39,610 nucleotides of DNA from an uncultured bacterium (lineage in GTDB: Bacteria; Patescibacteriota; Saccharimonadia; UBA4664). The notes under the pieces were generated by a model. That model was not told the origin of the DNA. It made no database searches and worked only from the letters and a program-made list of their open reading frames with translations. The translations under genes and the position numbers were made by a program. Where the stretch lies: positions 1-39,610 of the forward strand of contig CAVUEQ010000002.1 of the NCBI GenBank assembly GCA_963740635.1, written 5' to 3'. Shown piece after piece: positions 19,396 through 27,149 of the stretch; position 1 is the stretch's first letter, and every line of letters begins with the position of its first letter.

Positions 19396-19404
19396 ATTAT
19401 CGCA
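19396..19404 (-). promoter_or_regulatory. Extended -10 box TGCGATAAT immediately downstream of the terminator; candidate promoter for the membrane-protein-pheS-pheT unit
   Basis: The minus strand reads ..GGGCGGTTTTTG TGCGATAAT gggggag.. Confidence 0.4.
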
Positions 19405-19405
19405 C

Positions 19406-19447
19406 AAAAACCGCCCGGATCGGTGCCTCACGGCATTGATCGGGCGG
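19406..19447 (-). terminator. Rho-independent terminator ending the upstream non-coding transcript
   Basis: The minus strand reads CCGCCCGAUCAAUGCC-GUGA-GGCACCGAUCCGGGCGG, a ~16-bp stem with one bulged G and two G-U pairs, followed by UUUUU. Confidence 0.75.
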
Positions 19448-19934
19448 TTTCAGATAATTCCAGAGTTACGGGGCGAATTATGACCTAATGGTCCTGAAGC
19501 ATCTATTTTTTTGTGTAATTGACGCCAGTCGCCCCGTAAGTATCTCTACTCTCCAGGCGCATAGCGTGTTTCCTAATGATGGTAATAACGTAGGCGTGTT
19601 TGTTTTGAGTAAGAGATATTGGTTTTTGAATATAGTCGGGAGCAAATTGTTGTGAGATATTGCTTCGATCTATATCCGATTACTTCCGGCAATCCAGCGG
19701 GTGGATAGCTGGAAGCAATCGGTTACCACCACTAGTGATAACCGCGTGCCTCCAGCCCCCTGCCCTAGCTCTGCGCGTTGCCTTGGTTTGGACCCAAAGT
19801 AAGAGCTTTCAAATCGGCGGTAGAGCGGACCCAGGTTAGAAATAAGGGGGATACCTCTAACCGGGGTCGGCTCCACCACCGGGAAGTGCGGGAAGTAAGA
19901 GTACTAAGCTTTCAACGATCATCGAACAGGAACT
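19448..19934 (-). ncRNA. Candidate ~0.5-kb structured non-coding RNA, family not recognised
   Basis: There is no credible ORF. The unit is bracketed by a promoter (19941..19969) and a terminator (19406..19447). There is a long imperfect hairpin at 19815..19881 (~25 bp plus a 15-nt loop). Further hairpins are at 19676..19722 and 19721..19743. A 9-bp closing stem joins ACGGGGCGA / TCGCCCCGT (19468..19476 / 19529..19537). The predicted 5' end (19927..19934) can pair with 19455..19463, just before the terminator. Confidence 0.45.
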
Positions 19935-19940
19935 AGTAAT

Positions 19941-19969
19941 AAGTTAGCACAAGCAGTATGGAAAGTCAA
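19941..19969 (-). promoter_or_regulatory. Candidate promoter of the structured RNA (-35 TTGACT, 17 nt, extended -10 TGCTAACTT)
   Basis: The minus strand reads TTGACT (19969..19964), a 17-nt spacer, then TAACTT (19946..19941) preceded by TGC. Confidence 0.45.
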
Positions 19970-20182
19970 TATTCTTATGTCATCGTCTGCACATACAGGA
20001 TTTATCCCTACCCATAGGTAAAAACTATCTTGCTCTCTTCCCTATTCGTCCGGCGCTCAAGGACCTGTGTTGCATATTCAACAACATTTATGCACAAAAA
20101 AATCGCCAACTTTTCCAGCAAATTGCTAGGTTTCATCATATTTTATTTATGAATACAATTTTTACCCTGTGTGTCTGATTTT

Positions 20183-20191
20183 TGTTATAAT
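20183..20191 (+). promoter_or_regulatory. Extended -10 box TGTTATAAT, 6 nt upstream of ATG 20198 (leaderless)
   Basis: TGTTATAAT-tcgccc-ATG. This places the transcription start at or next to the ATG and argues against the GTG at 20171. Confidence 0.55.
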
Positions 20192-20197
20192 TCGCCC

Positions 20198-21469
20198 ATG
20201 TCTGTCGAAACCTACCCACAAACAATCGAGAAACTCCGTTTTCTCAAGCCTGAAGAAGCAACATCCCTAGCGAAGCAATACGGCACTCCCTTGTACGTTT
20301 ATGATGAGACAATCCTAAGGCAACAAGCCCATGAGGCCCTCAGCTTTAAGGCATCATTCGGACTGACCGTCCGCTACGCGATGAAAGCAAACCCGCTGGC
20401 AGGCATATTGAAGGTATTCAACAGACTCGGAATCCACATTGATGCCAGCTCAAGTTACGAAATTCAAAGAGCGGTCATGGCCGGCATACCGGCAAAAAAC
20501 GTCATGCTAACCTCCCAGCAGCTGCCGTCAAACCTTGAGGAGCTAGTGCGGACGGGGGTGATTTTCAACGCTTGCTCCTTTCACCAGCTCGAAACCTTTG
20601 GCCGCTTGTTTCCCGGTGCCGAAGTAGCAATCCGAATCAATCCCGGGATCGGCTCCGGCCACACCAAAGGCGTTGCGGTTGCCGGGCCAACCTCTAGCTT
20701 TGGCATCTGGCACGAAAACATTGACCGTGTCCAGGAAATCGTCGCCAAGCATCATCTTAAAGTCCGCACCGTTCACAGTCACATTGGCTGCGGTGCCGAC
20801 CCGGCCATTTGGCATCAAGCCGCCAAGTTAACACTGAAGTTACTCGAGCAATTCCCCAGCGCGACAACCCTAAACCTTGGCGGAGGCTTTAAAGTAGGTC
20901 GCATGGCCAACGAAGAAACCACCAATATGCAGGCGCTAAGTTCTGAAGTAGCCCAACTTCTGACGAACTTTGCAGCCAAAACTGGCCGCAAATTGCATCT
21001 GGAAATTGAACCAGGGACCTTCCTGGTCGCCAGCGCCGGCTGTCTAGTTACACGCATCATTGACTTCAACGACACCGGCCCCAATGGTTTCAACTTCCTA
21101 AAAGTAGACACCGGCATGAATGACTTCATGCGCCCTGCCTTGCATGCCGCCCAACATCCATTGGTGGTAATCAACGACAATGCCGAGACTAGCGAATACG
21201 TTGTTGTCGGGCATAACTGCGAATCAACCGACTTGCTTACACCGGCACCAGTAGACTCGGAGCGACCTCACCCGCGATTGATGCAGGCAGCCAGCATTGG
21301 TGACCTGATTGTGATTGAAGGCACGGGCGCGTATTCGTCATCAATGCGGCTGATTGGCTACAATTCTTACCCCACCCCAAACGAGGTGTTAATCGACACC
21401 AACGGGCATCCCCGCCTCATCAACCGCAGCCAAGGCGTGATGGATCTTGCGGCCTCAGAAGTGCTTTAG
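20198..21469 (+). CDS. lysA: Fold-type III PLP-dependent decarboxylase, diaminopimelate decarboxylase-like (423 aa)
   Basis: YGTPLYVYDE, RYAMKANP, HSHIGCG, EIEPGTFLVA and GHNCESTDLL fit the Orn/DAP/Arg decarboxylase family, and the CESxD motif is DAP-decarboxylase-like. Substrate is not certain. Confidence 0.8.
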   Translation: MSVETYPQTIEKLRFLKPEEATSLAKQYGTPLYVYDETILRQQAHEALSFKASFGLTVRYAMKANPLAGILKVFNRLGIHIDASSSYEIQRAVMAGIPAKNVMLTSQQLPSNLEELVRTGVIFNACSFHQLETFGRLFPGAEVAIRINPGIGSGHTKGVAVAGPTSSFGIWHENIDRVQEIVAKHHLKVRTVHSHIGCGADPAIWHQAAKLTLKLLEQFPSATTLNLGGGFKVGRMANEETTNMQALSSEVAQLLTNFAAKTGRKLHLEIEPGTFLVASAGCLVTRIIDFNDTGPNGFNFLKVDTGMNDFMRPALHAAQHPLVVINDNAETSEYVVVGHNCESTDLLTPAPVDSERPHPRLMQAASIGDLIVIEGTGAYSSSMRLIGYNSYPTPNEVLIDTNGHPRLINRSQGVMDLAASEVL

Positions 21470-22458
21470 AGCAGCCCCAATACTTCCTTAACCTGAGCCA
21501 GCTTGGCGTTCGCCAGTTCCGATGCCCGCCACCAGCCGTGCTCCAGCGCCTTCTCGATCTTGTCATTGCCATCGCGCATTAGCTGGCTGTGCACGTGCTG
21601 CAACGGAGCCAGCGAGTGAACAACGATGTCCGCCAGGTCCTCTTTGAACTCACCATACCCCGTACCTGCGTATTTCTCCTCAAGTTCAGAGTTCGCCTTG
21701 CCGCTCAAGACCGACATTATCACCAGCAGGTTCGTAAGCGCCGGCTTGTCCGCGCCGGTAGACACCACGCTTCCCGAATCAGTCACTGCCCGCCCAATTT
21801 TGCGCCGGATTGTTTTCTCGTCATCACTGAGCAAAATGTTACCCGAATCGTCGACGTCACTTTTGCTCATCTTTTTCTCCGGGTCTTGTAGGTTCATGAT
21901 ACGGGCGCCCTCCGTCTGTATTGTCGGTTGCGGGATTTTAAACGTGTCGCCATGAATGTTATTGAAACGGGTCGCAATATCGCGCGTCAGCTCCACGTGC
22001 TGCTTCTGGTCCTCGCCGATCGGCACTTCGTCGGGGTCGTACAGCAAAATGTCCGCCGCCATCAACACCGGATAATCGTATAGGCCAACCAACTGGCCAT
22101 CGGGCCCGTTCTTGGCCGTTTTATCCTTAAACTGAGTCATCCGGTTGAGCTCGCCCACGGTAGTGTAGTTATTCAGAATCCACATCATCTCTGAATGCGC
22201 CGGCACCTGTGACTGCATAAAAATGTACGAGTGATCGTGATCCACCCCCGAGGCCAACAACCACGCCACCGCCGAGCGGCTGTCCCGCCGCAGATCCTCC
22301 GGATCCGGCCGCACCGTCAAGGCGTGCAGGTTCGGCACAAAGAAAAAATGCTCCCGGTCAGGGTCGGCGCTCATCTGCCCCCACCGCTTCATCGCGCCTA
22401 TGTAATTGCCTAAGGTCAGCTCTCCAGTGGGTTTAACACCCGAAACTACACGCTTCAC
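21466..22458 (-). CDS. trpS: Tryptophanyl-tRNA synthetase (330 aa), GTG start
   Basis: GVKPTGELTLGNYIGA (HIGH-type region) and KMSKS are present. SD AAAGG is upstream. The gene is 26 nt downstream of rmuC. Confidence 0.95.
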   Translation of the reverse strand: MKRVVSGVKPTGELTLGNYIGAMKRWGQMSADPDREHFFFVPNLHALTVRPDPEDLRRDSRSAVAWLLASGVDHDHSYIFMQSQVPAHSEMMWILNNYTTVGELNRMTQFKDKTAKNGPDGQLVGLYDYPVLMAADILLYDPDEVPIGEDQKQHVELTRDIATRFNNIHGDTFKIPQPTIQTEGARIMNLQDPEKKMSKSDVDDSGNILLSDDEKTIRRKIGRAVTDSGSVVSTGADKPALTNLLVIMSVLSGKANSELEEKYAGTGYGEFKEDLADIVVHSLAPLQHVHSQLMRDGNDKIEKALEHGWWRASELANAKLAQVKEVLGLL

Positions 22459-22484
22459 AACAGTTTACCTTTCTTTCCCGTCCA

Positions 22485-23687
22485 CTATAACTGTTCCCGG
22501 CCTATCAGCGCCACCGGCTCAGCCTCATCCGCCGCGGGCAGATCCTGCACCCGGTCAAGCTTACGCTCGATAGTACGGGATTTGGTTGCGGCGGATTCAA
22601 TCGTGCTACTTGCTTCCTGCAGCTTCTTTTGGGTCTTATCGAGCAGGTCGCCAAACTTGCCAAACTCGCTCTTCACCGCACCCAGAATCTGCCAAACCTC
22701 GCTCGATCGCTTCTCGATCGCCAAAGTTTTGAAGCCCATTCGCAGGCTGTTCATGAGCGCGGCAATGGTATTTGGCCCCGCCACCATCACGCGATAATCG
22801 CGCTGCAGCAGCTCCTGCAATCCCGGCCGCTGCGTGACTTCGGCATACAAACCTTCAGTCGGCAAATACATGATTCCAAAATCCGTCGTTTCCGGCGGCG
22901 CAATGTATTTATCGCGGATATCACGCGCCTCACTCTTGATCCGGTTTACCAAATCGCGGCTCAGCGATTCTATCATGGGCAGGTCGGCCGCCTCGCGCGC
23001 CGCCACCAGCCGCTGGTAATCCTCCACCGGAAATTTAGCATCGATCGGCAGCCACAATGGGGTTTCCTCATCCGGGCCATTGGGCAGCTTAATGGCAAAC
23101 TCCACCCGCTCAGCACTGCGCTTCTTCACAGCCACGTTCTTCTCATACTGTGCCGGCGTCATGATCTGCTCGAGCAAGCTGCCCAGCTGCACCTCACCCC
23201 AGGTCCCCCGCGTCTTCACATTAGTAAGCACCTTTTTCAAGTCACCCACTCCCGTAGCCAAAGTCTGCATCTCTCCCAGCCCTTTGTGCACGGATTCCAG
23301 CCGGTCTGACACCAGCTTGAACGACTCCCCTAGGCGCTTTTCCAGGGTGGCATGCAGCTTCTCATCAACCGTCGCGCGCATTACCTCAAGCTTGTCGCTG
23401 TTGTCTTTTTGCATTCGCTGCAACCTGTTATCAACGATGGCGCCAAGCGCATTCAGCCTCCGGTCCATTGAATCCCCCACGCCTTTCAGCGATTCCGCCT
23501 GCTCGCGCCGGTTCAGCGCCAAATCCACCTTCAGGCGCTGCTCCACCGGCCCCAGTGCCTCATTAAGTTCATGCCGCAGATCTGTGCCACTCTGCGCGGA
23601 CTTCTTGAGCGCAACCAACTGCGCGTAGATAAGGCCAAGCCCTACCAGCAGCACCACTATCACCAAACCCAACAATCCTATAACCAT
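22485..23687 (-). CDS. rmuC: DNA recombination protein RmuC (400 aa)
   Basis: N-terminal TM, a long coiled-coil, then the conserved C-terminal RmuC-type region (FAIKLPNG..LPIDAKFP..YIAPPETTDFGIMYLPTEGLY..VAGPNT). Confidence 0.88.
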   Translation of the reverse strand: MVIGLLGLVIVVLLVGLGLIYAQLVALKKSAQSGTDLRHELNEALGPVEQRLKVDLALNRREQAESLKGVGDSMDRRLNALGAIVDNRLQRMQKDNSDKLEVMRATVDEKLHATLEKRLGESFKLVSDRLESVHKGLGEMQTLATGVGDLKKVLTNVKTRGTWGEVQLGSLLEQIMTPAQYEKNVAVKKRSAERVEFAIKLPNGPDEETPLWLPIDAKFPVEDYQRLVAAREAADLPMIESLSRDLVNRIKSEARDIRDKYIAPPETTDFGIMYLPTEGLYAEVTQRPGLQELLQRDYRVMVAGPNTIAALMNSLRMGFKTLAIEKRSSEVWQILGAVKSEFGKFGDLLDKTQKKLQEASSTIESAATKSRTIERKLDRVQDLPAADEAEPVALIGREQL

Positions 23688-23730
23688 AAAACCAGTATAC
23701 AGTCCAAACCCTTGCCGAACAAGTCCCGAA

Positions 23731-24168
23731 CTAGTTCAGGGCTTTGCCCAGGGCCTCAATCGCCCGCTCAAAGGCCGTTTCATCTTTGAGGCTAAGGTTC
23801 GAAAGAATCGATTTCTGGCGGGCGGCAATTACCGCCGCAGCCTCCCCCGCCGCCTGCTCACCTTTAGGCGTCAGTTTCAGCACTTTCTCGCGCTTGCTGT
23901 GCGGGTTCGCCATTGACTCCACCAGCCCGCGCGCCCCCAGCACCTCCGCCTGGCGCGTCACCACGGCCGGAGTCACCTCCAGGCTGTCGGCCAGCTCACG
24001 CCCGCTCGCTTGCCCGAGTACCTCCAGCCCGTTCAGTACCCGGAATTGAGAAAAGGTCAGTTTAAAACTGACCTTCAGCTCCCGCTCCACCTCTCGCTCG
24101 AGGCCGTTTGAGACCCGGGCGATTTGATTGAGAAGAGATTTCTCGAATTGAGAATTCCTTACCTGCAC
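23731..24168 (-). CDS. MarR-family transcriptional regulator (145 aa from the GTG start)
   Basis: Winged-helix region LTFSQFRVLNGLEVLGQASGRELADSLEVTPAVVTRQAEVLGARGLV. I chose the GTG at 24168 because SD AAGGAG lies 9 nt upstream. The TTG at 24216 in the ORF track coincides with the -35 box. Confidence 0.85.
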   Translation of the reverse strand: MQVRNSQFEKSLLNQIARVSNGLEREVERELKVSFKLTFSQFRVLNGLEVLGQASGRELADSLEVTPAVVTRQAEVLGARGLVESMANPHSKREKVLKLTPKGEQAAGEAAAVIAARQKSILSNLSLKDETAFERAIEALGKALN

Positions 24169-24187
24169 TTCATTGAACTCCTTAAAC

Positions 24188-24216
24188 AATATACCCCTAA
24201 ACAATTTAGGGGTCAA
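24188..24216 (-). promoter_or_regulatory. marR promoter (-35 TTGACC, 17 nt, -10 TATATT) with an embedded 21-nt perfect palindrome ACCCCTAAA-ttg-TTTAGGGGT (candidate MarR operator)
   Basis: The palindrome at 24193..24213 fills the spacer between the -35 (24216..24211) and the -10 (24193..24188). Confidence 0.55.
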
Positions 24217-24380
24217 TAGTTTTTATGGTCTAGGGCCAGGATTATCCCCTCCCCTATCTGTTGAAAGGAAATATTAAGCCGTATTAATAGCCACCAAACC
24301 ACTCCAAACACCACTGAAACGTTGACCCATAACCAGTCGTGGTCTGAATCTTATCCCCAGCTTATCCACACCCCTAAACG

Positions 24381-24406
24381 AAAAAGCCGAACATCATCAT
24401 GTTCGG
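24381..24406 (-). terminator. Rho-independent terminator after hisIE
   Basis: The minus strand reads CCGAACAT-gatg-ATGTTCGG followed by CTTTTT, 36 nt after the hisIE stop. Confidence 0.7.
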
Positions 24407-24441
24407 TCGTTCGGTATTAGCCTCAAATTAGCTTACGGCGG

Positions 24442-25053
24442 CTACTTTGCCCGCTGCCGCAAAACATCCACGACATCCTCCAGCGCTACGCCCTTCGCAA
24501 CCAAGAGCACCAACAAGTGATACAGCAAATCCGCTGCTTCGCCCGCAAATGCAGCCTCGTCGGGGTTTTTCGCCGCAATTACCACCTCCACCGCCTCTTC
24601 GCCGACGTTCTGCGCCACCCTGTCTATGCCACCCTCAAACAACTCCGTGGTATATGAGCCCACAGGCTTCTTCTCTTTGCGCGTCTTAATCAAAGCGTAC
24701 AGATCATCCAGCACCTTCAACTCCGATCCGGCCGGCTGCACATCCCCGAAGCACGAAGAGCTGCCAGTATGGCAGGTGGGGCCGGTGGGCTCGGCCAGAA
24801 TCAGCAGCGCATCACTGTCGCAGTCCGCCTTTATCGACTCGACCTTCAGGCGGTTGCCCGATTCTTCCCCCTTCTCCCACAATCTATCCTTACTCCGGCT
24901 CCAAAACGTCACCCAGCCGCTCTTTTCGGTCTGCCTAAGCGCCGCTTCATTCATGTATCCCAACATCCGGACCTCTCCGGTCTTCACATCCTGAATAATC
25001 GCCGGCACCAGGCCGTCCGCTTTCGCAAAATCTATCTCTAACGTTTTCATCAT
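24442..25053 (-). CDS. hisIE: Bifunctional phosphoribosyl-AMP cyclohydrolase / phosphoribosyl-ATP pyrophosphatase (203 aa)
   Basis: HisI part GLVPAIIQD..MLGYMNEAAL..SRSKDRLWEKGEESGN..DCDSDALL..GPTCHTGSSSCF. HisE part GSYTTELFEGG..VGEEAVEVVIAA..EAADLLYHLLVLL. Confidence 0.93.
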   Translation of the reverse strand: MMKTLEIDFAKADGLVPAIIQDVKTGEVRMLGYMNEAALRQTEKSGWVTFWSRSKDRLWEKGEESGNRLKVESIKADCDSDALLILAEPTGPTCHTGSSSCFGDVQPAGSELKVLDDLYALIKTRKEKKPVGSYTTELFEGGIDRVAQNVGEEAVEVVIAAKNPDEAAFAGEAADLLYHLLVLLVAKGVALEDVVDVLRQRAK

Positions 25054-25820
25054 TAACTCCTTACAGCCACGCCCGCGGTCCGCAGGTAGGCCTTAACTTC
25101 TGGTATGCTCAGCTCGCCAAAGTGAAACACCGACGACGCCAGCGCGGCATCAGCAACGCCGGGTGCTAGCACGTCGGCAAAATCCTGCAGCTTCCCAGCG
25201 CCGCCCGAGGCCACCACGGGGATGCGCAAAAACCCGTTCAAGCTCCGCTGTAACCGCAAATCGTACCCCTGCTTCATTCCGTCGGTATTCATAGTGTTAA
25301 GCACTATCTCACCGGCCCCCCGGTCCTGCACCTCCCGCACCCAGTCCAGCGTGTCGCGGCCGGTATTCTTCATGGTCTCCACCCGGCCGGTGTGCGAATA
25401 CACCATATCGCGCCCATCCTTCTGCATCGAATCAATTCCCACCACTATGCATTGCGCGCCAAACATCGCCGCCCCCTCATTAATAAGGTCAGGGTTCTCC
25501 AGCGCGGCGGTATTAATGGAGACCTTGTCCGCGCCCGCCCGCAGTATAGCCTGCATGTCAGCAATTGTGCGAATGCCGCCGCCCACCGTCAGCGGGATAA
25601 AGATTTCGCGGGCGATCTCGCGCACCAGACTGATCATAGTGGCCCGCCGGTCGGCGCTGGCCGTAATGTCATAGAAAACCAGCTCATCGGCGCCCTCGGC
25701 AGCGTATTTCTTGGCCAGCTCAACGGCGTCGCCGGCGTCGCGGTGCCCGTCAAATTGCACCCCTTTCACCACCCGGCCGTCCCTGATGTCCAGGCATGGG
25801 ATTATGCGCTTAGCTAACAC
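25053..25820 (-). CDS. hisF: Imidazole glycerol phosphate synthase cyclase subunit (255 aa), GTG start
   Basis: LAKRIIPCLDIRDGRVVKGVQF.., GADELVFYDITAS, PLTVGGGIR. Confidence 0.95.
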   Translation of the reverse strand: MLAKRIIPCLDIRDGRVVKGVQFDGHRDAGDAVELAKKYAAEGADELVFYDITASADRRATMISLVREIAREIFIPLTVGGGIRTIADMQAILRAGADKVSINTAALENPDLINEGAAMFGAQCIVVGIDSMQKDGRDMVYSHTGRVETMKNTGRDTLDWVREVQDRGAGEIVLNTMNTDGMKQGYDLRLQRSLNGFLRIPVVASGGAGKLQDFADVLAPGVADAALASSVFHFGELSIPEVKAYLRTAGVAVRS

Positions 25821-26520
25821 GATTGATCTCCGAAAGTTTTATTTTGCCTTCGTACAAGGCTTTACCCACAATCGCAGCTTCCACTCCCATGGCCGCAAGC
25901 TTCGTCACAGCCTCGGCCGTGCTTACCCCGCCACTGGCAATGATCGGCATTTTGGTTGCCTTCATCAGCCTCCCCATCTCCTCATAGTTCGGCTCAGTCA
26001 GGGTGCCGTCTTTTGAAACGTCGGTATATAAGAACCGCTGCACGCCCAACTGCTCCAGCGCCGCTGCCGTAACCAGCAGATCGCGCCCATCCGCTTTTTG
26101 CCATCCGCGCGTTACCAGCTGCCCGGCCTTGGTTTCCAGAGCCACGACTATCCCGGGCGCGTTAGTGCGCAGCAGCTCCTGCAGGGCGGCCGGGTCTTCA
26201 AAGGCCATGGTGCCCACGATCACCCGCGACACACCGGCCTCCAGCAAGCGCCTCGCGTCCGGCGCCGTACGAATACCACCCCCGACCTCCACCGGAATGC
26301 TCAGAGCGGCCGCGATCTGCTTAAGGACCTCCAGATTCGCCATCCGGCCATCCTTCGCCCCATCCAGATCCACAACATGCAGCAAGCGGGCGCCCTCCGC
26401 CTCCCAACGCTTGGCCATAGCCACCGGATCGGTACCGTACACAGTTTGCTGCCCGAAGTCGCCTTGCATCAAACGCACGCACTTGCCGCCGCGTATATCA
26501 ATTGCCGGAATTACTATCAT
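25810..26520 (-). CDS. hisA: ProFAR isomerase (236 aa)
   Basis: MIVIPAIDIRGGKCVRLMQGDF.., HVVDLDGAK, PVEVGGGIR, IIASGGVS. Confidence 0.93.
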   Translation of the reverse strand: MIVIPAIDIRGGKCVRLMQGDFGQQTVYGTDPVAMAKRWEAEGARLLHVVDLDGAKDGRMANLEVLKQIAAALSIPVEVGGGIRTAPDARRLLEAGVSRVIVGTMAFEDPAALQELLRTNAPGIVVALETKAGQLVTRGWQKADGRDLLVTAAALEQLGVQRFLYTDVSKDGTLTEPNYEEMGRLMKATKMPIIASGGVSTAEAVTKLAAMGVEAAIVGKALYEGKIKLSEINRVS

Positions 26521-27149
26521 GCCGCCTCCCAGAAATTACGCAGCAGTCGCAAGCCGGCGTCGCCGCTTTTCTCCGGATGAAACTGTACCCCAAAAATGTT
26601 GCCGCTTTCAAACACGCTGCAAAATTGCCCGTCATAATCCGTTGTACCCTTTACATCATCTGCATCGGCCGGCGCGCAGTAATACGAGTGGACGAAGTAA
26701 AAGTGGCTGTCGGCAGGAATGCCCCGCAGCAATTTCGAACCTAGGACAGCCCGCACCTCATTCCAACCCATCTCCGGCACCTTCAAACTGGTCTCAAATT
26801 TCTTCACCTTTCCCGGCACCAGGTCCAGGCACCGCGCGGGACCTTCCTGGCTCTTTGTCAGCAGCAGCTGCATTCCCAGGCATATGCCCAGCACTGGAGT
26901 TCCGGCTTGAGCCGCAGCCGCCACAGCCACATCCAACCCGCTCTCCCGCAGGCGCCGCATACCTTCGCCGGCCGCACCCACGCCGGGCAATATCAGCGCC
27001 TTGGCGTTTTTCAGCGCCTCGGGATCGTCCGAAACTTCAAACGGAATGCCTAGCTTCTCCAGGGCATTGGCCACACTCGCCAGATTACCCAACCCATAAT
27101 CGATCACGACGAGCCGGTCGCTTAACCGGGCCGGATAGGACGGTTTCAT
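26517..27149 (-). CDS. hisH: Imidazole glycerol phosphate synthase glutaminase subunit (210 aa)
   Basis: VVIDYGLGNLASV, ILPGVGAAG, GICLGMQLL, FVHSYY, GVQFHPEKS. Confidence 0.93.
   Translation of the reverse strand: MKPSYPARLSDRLVVIDYGLGNLASVANALEKLGIPFEVSDDPEALKNAKALILPGVGAAGEGMRRLRESGLDVAVAAAAQAGTPVLGICLGMQLLLTKSQEGPARCLDLVPGKVKKFETSLKVPEMGWNEVRAVLGSKLLRGIPADSHFYFVHSYYCAPADADDVKGTTDYDGQFCSVFESGNIFGVQFHPEKSGDAGLRLLRNFWEAA

Noticed and set aside
19503-19562. 19-codon minus-strand sORF (MRLESRDTYGATGVNYTKK) with AGGA 9 nt upstream, considered as a pheST leader peptide.
   Set aside because: It contains no Phe codons, which a Phe attenuation leader would need. It lies inside predicted RNA structure. 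There is no evidence for translation.
19676-19745. T-box leader for pheST. The minus strand AGUGGUGGUAACCG resembles the T-box core GGGUGGUACCGCG, it is followed by a hairpin with an alternative pairing partner, and it lies upstream of pheS.
   Set aside because: The motif is ~280 nt upstream of the terminator rather than overlapping it. No UUC-purine specifier loop or Stem I elements could be identified. A separate promoter box sits between the terminator and the downstream genes.
19740-19815. RNase P RNA on the minus strand. UAGGGCAGGGGGCUGG resembles the AUAGGGCAGGGUGCCAGG segment of type-A RNase P, and GAAAGCUC weakly resembles GAAAGUCC after a P3-like hairpin.
   Set aside because: I could not find the universally conserved GAGGAAAGUCC, GGUAAGAGC or ACAGAAnCCGGCUUA blocks or a P4 pairing. 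This is left as unclassified and needs cmscan.
19670-19879. 69-aa minus-strand ORF from the track, inside the non-coding region.
   Set aside because: It has no SD or leaderless promoter context. It spans the two largest hairpins and its composition does not look protein-like. It is more parsimonious as structured RNA.
19470-19881. Possible tmRNA on the plus strand. GGGGCGA at 19470 and GCTCCACCA at ~19870..19878 are about 400 nt apart, the right size and end motifs, with an SmpB-like gene start at the window edge.
   Set aside because: There is no T-arm (no GGTTCGAnTCC-like loop with a 5-bp stem) before the would-be acceptor 3' strand. The acceptor pairing would be only 5 bp. GGGGCGA instead pairs perfectly with TCGCCCC 60 nt downstream. 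GCTCCACCACCG is one arm of the long local hairpin. No ..LAA-type tag frame was seen. The promoter and terminator signals are on the opposite strand.
19930-20197. Lysine riboswitch (L-box) upstream of the lysA-like gene.
   Set aside because: The -10 box is only 6 nt from the ATG, so there is no leader. No AGAGGCGC..GUCGCCGAAG..CUGUCA arrangement is present on the plus strand.
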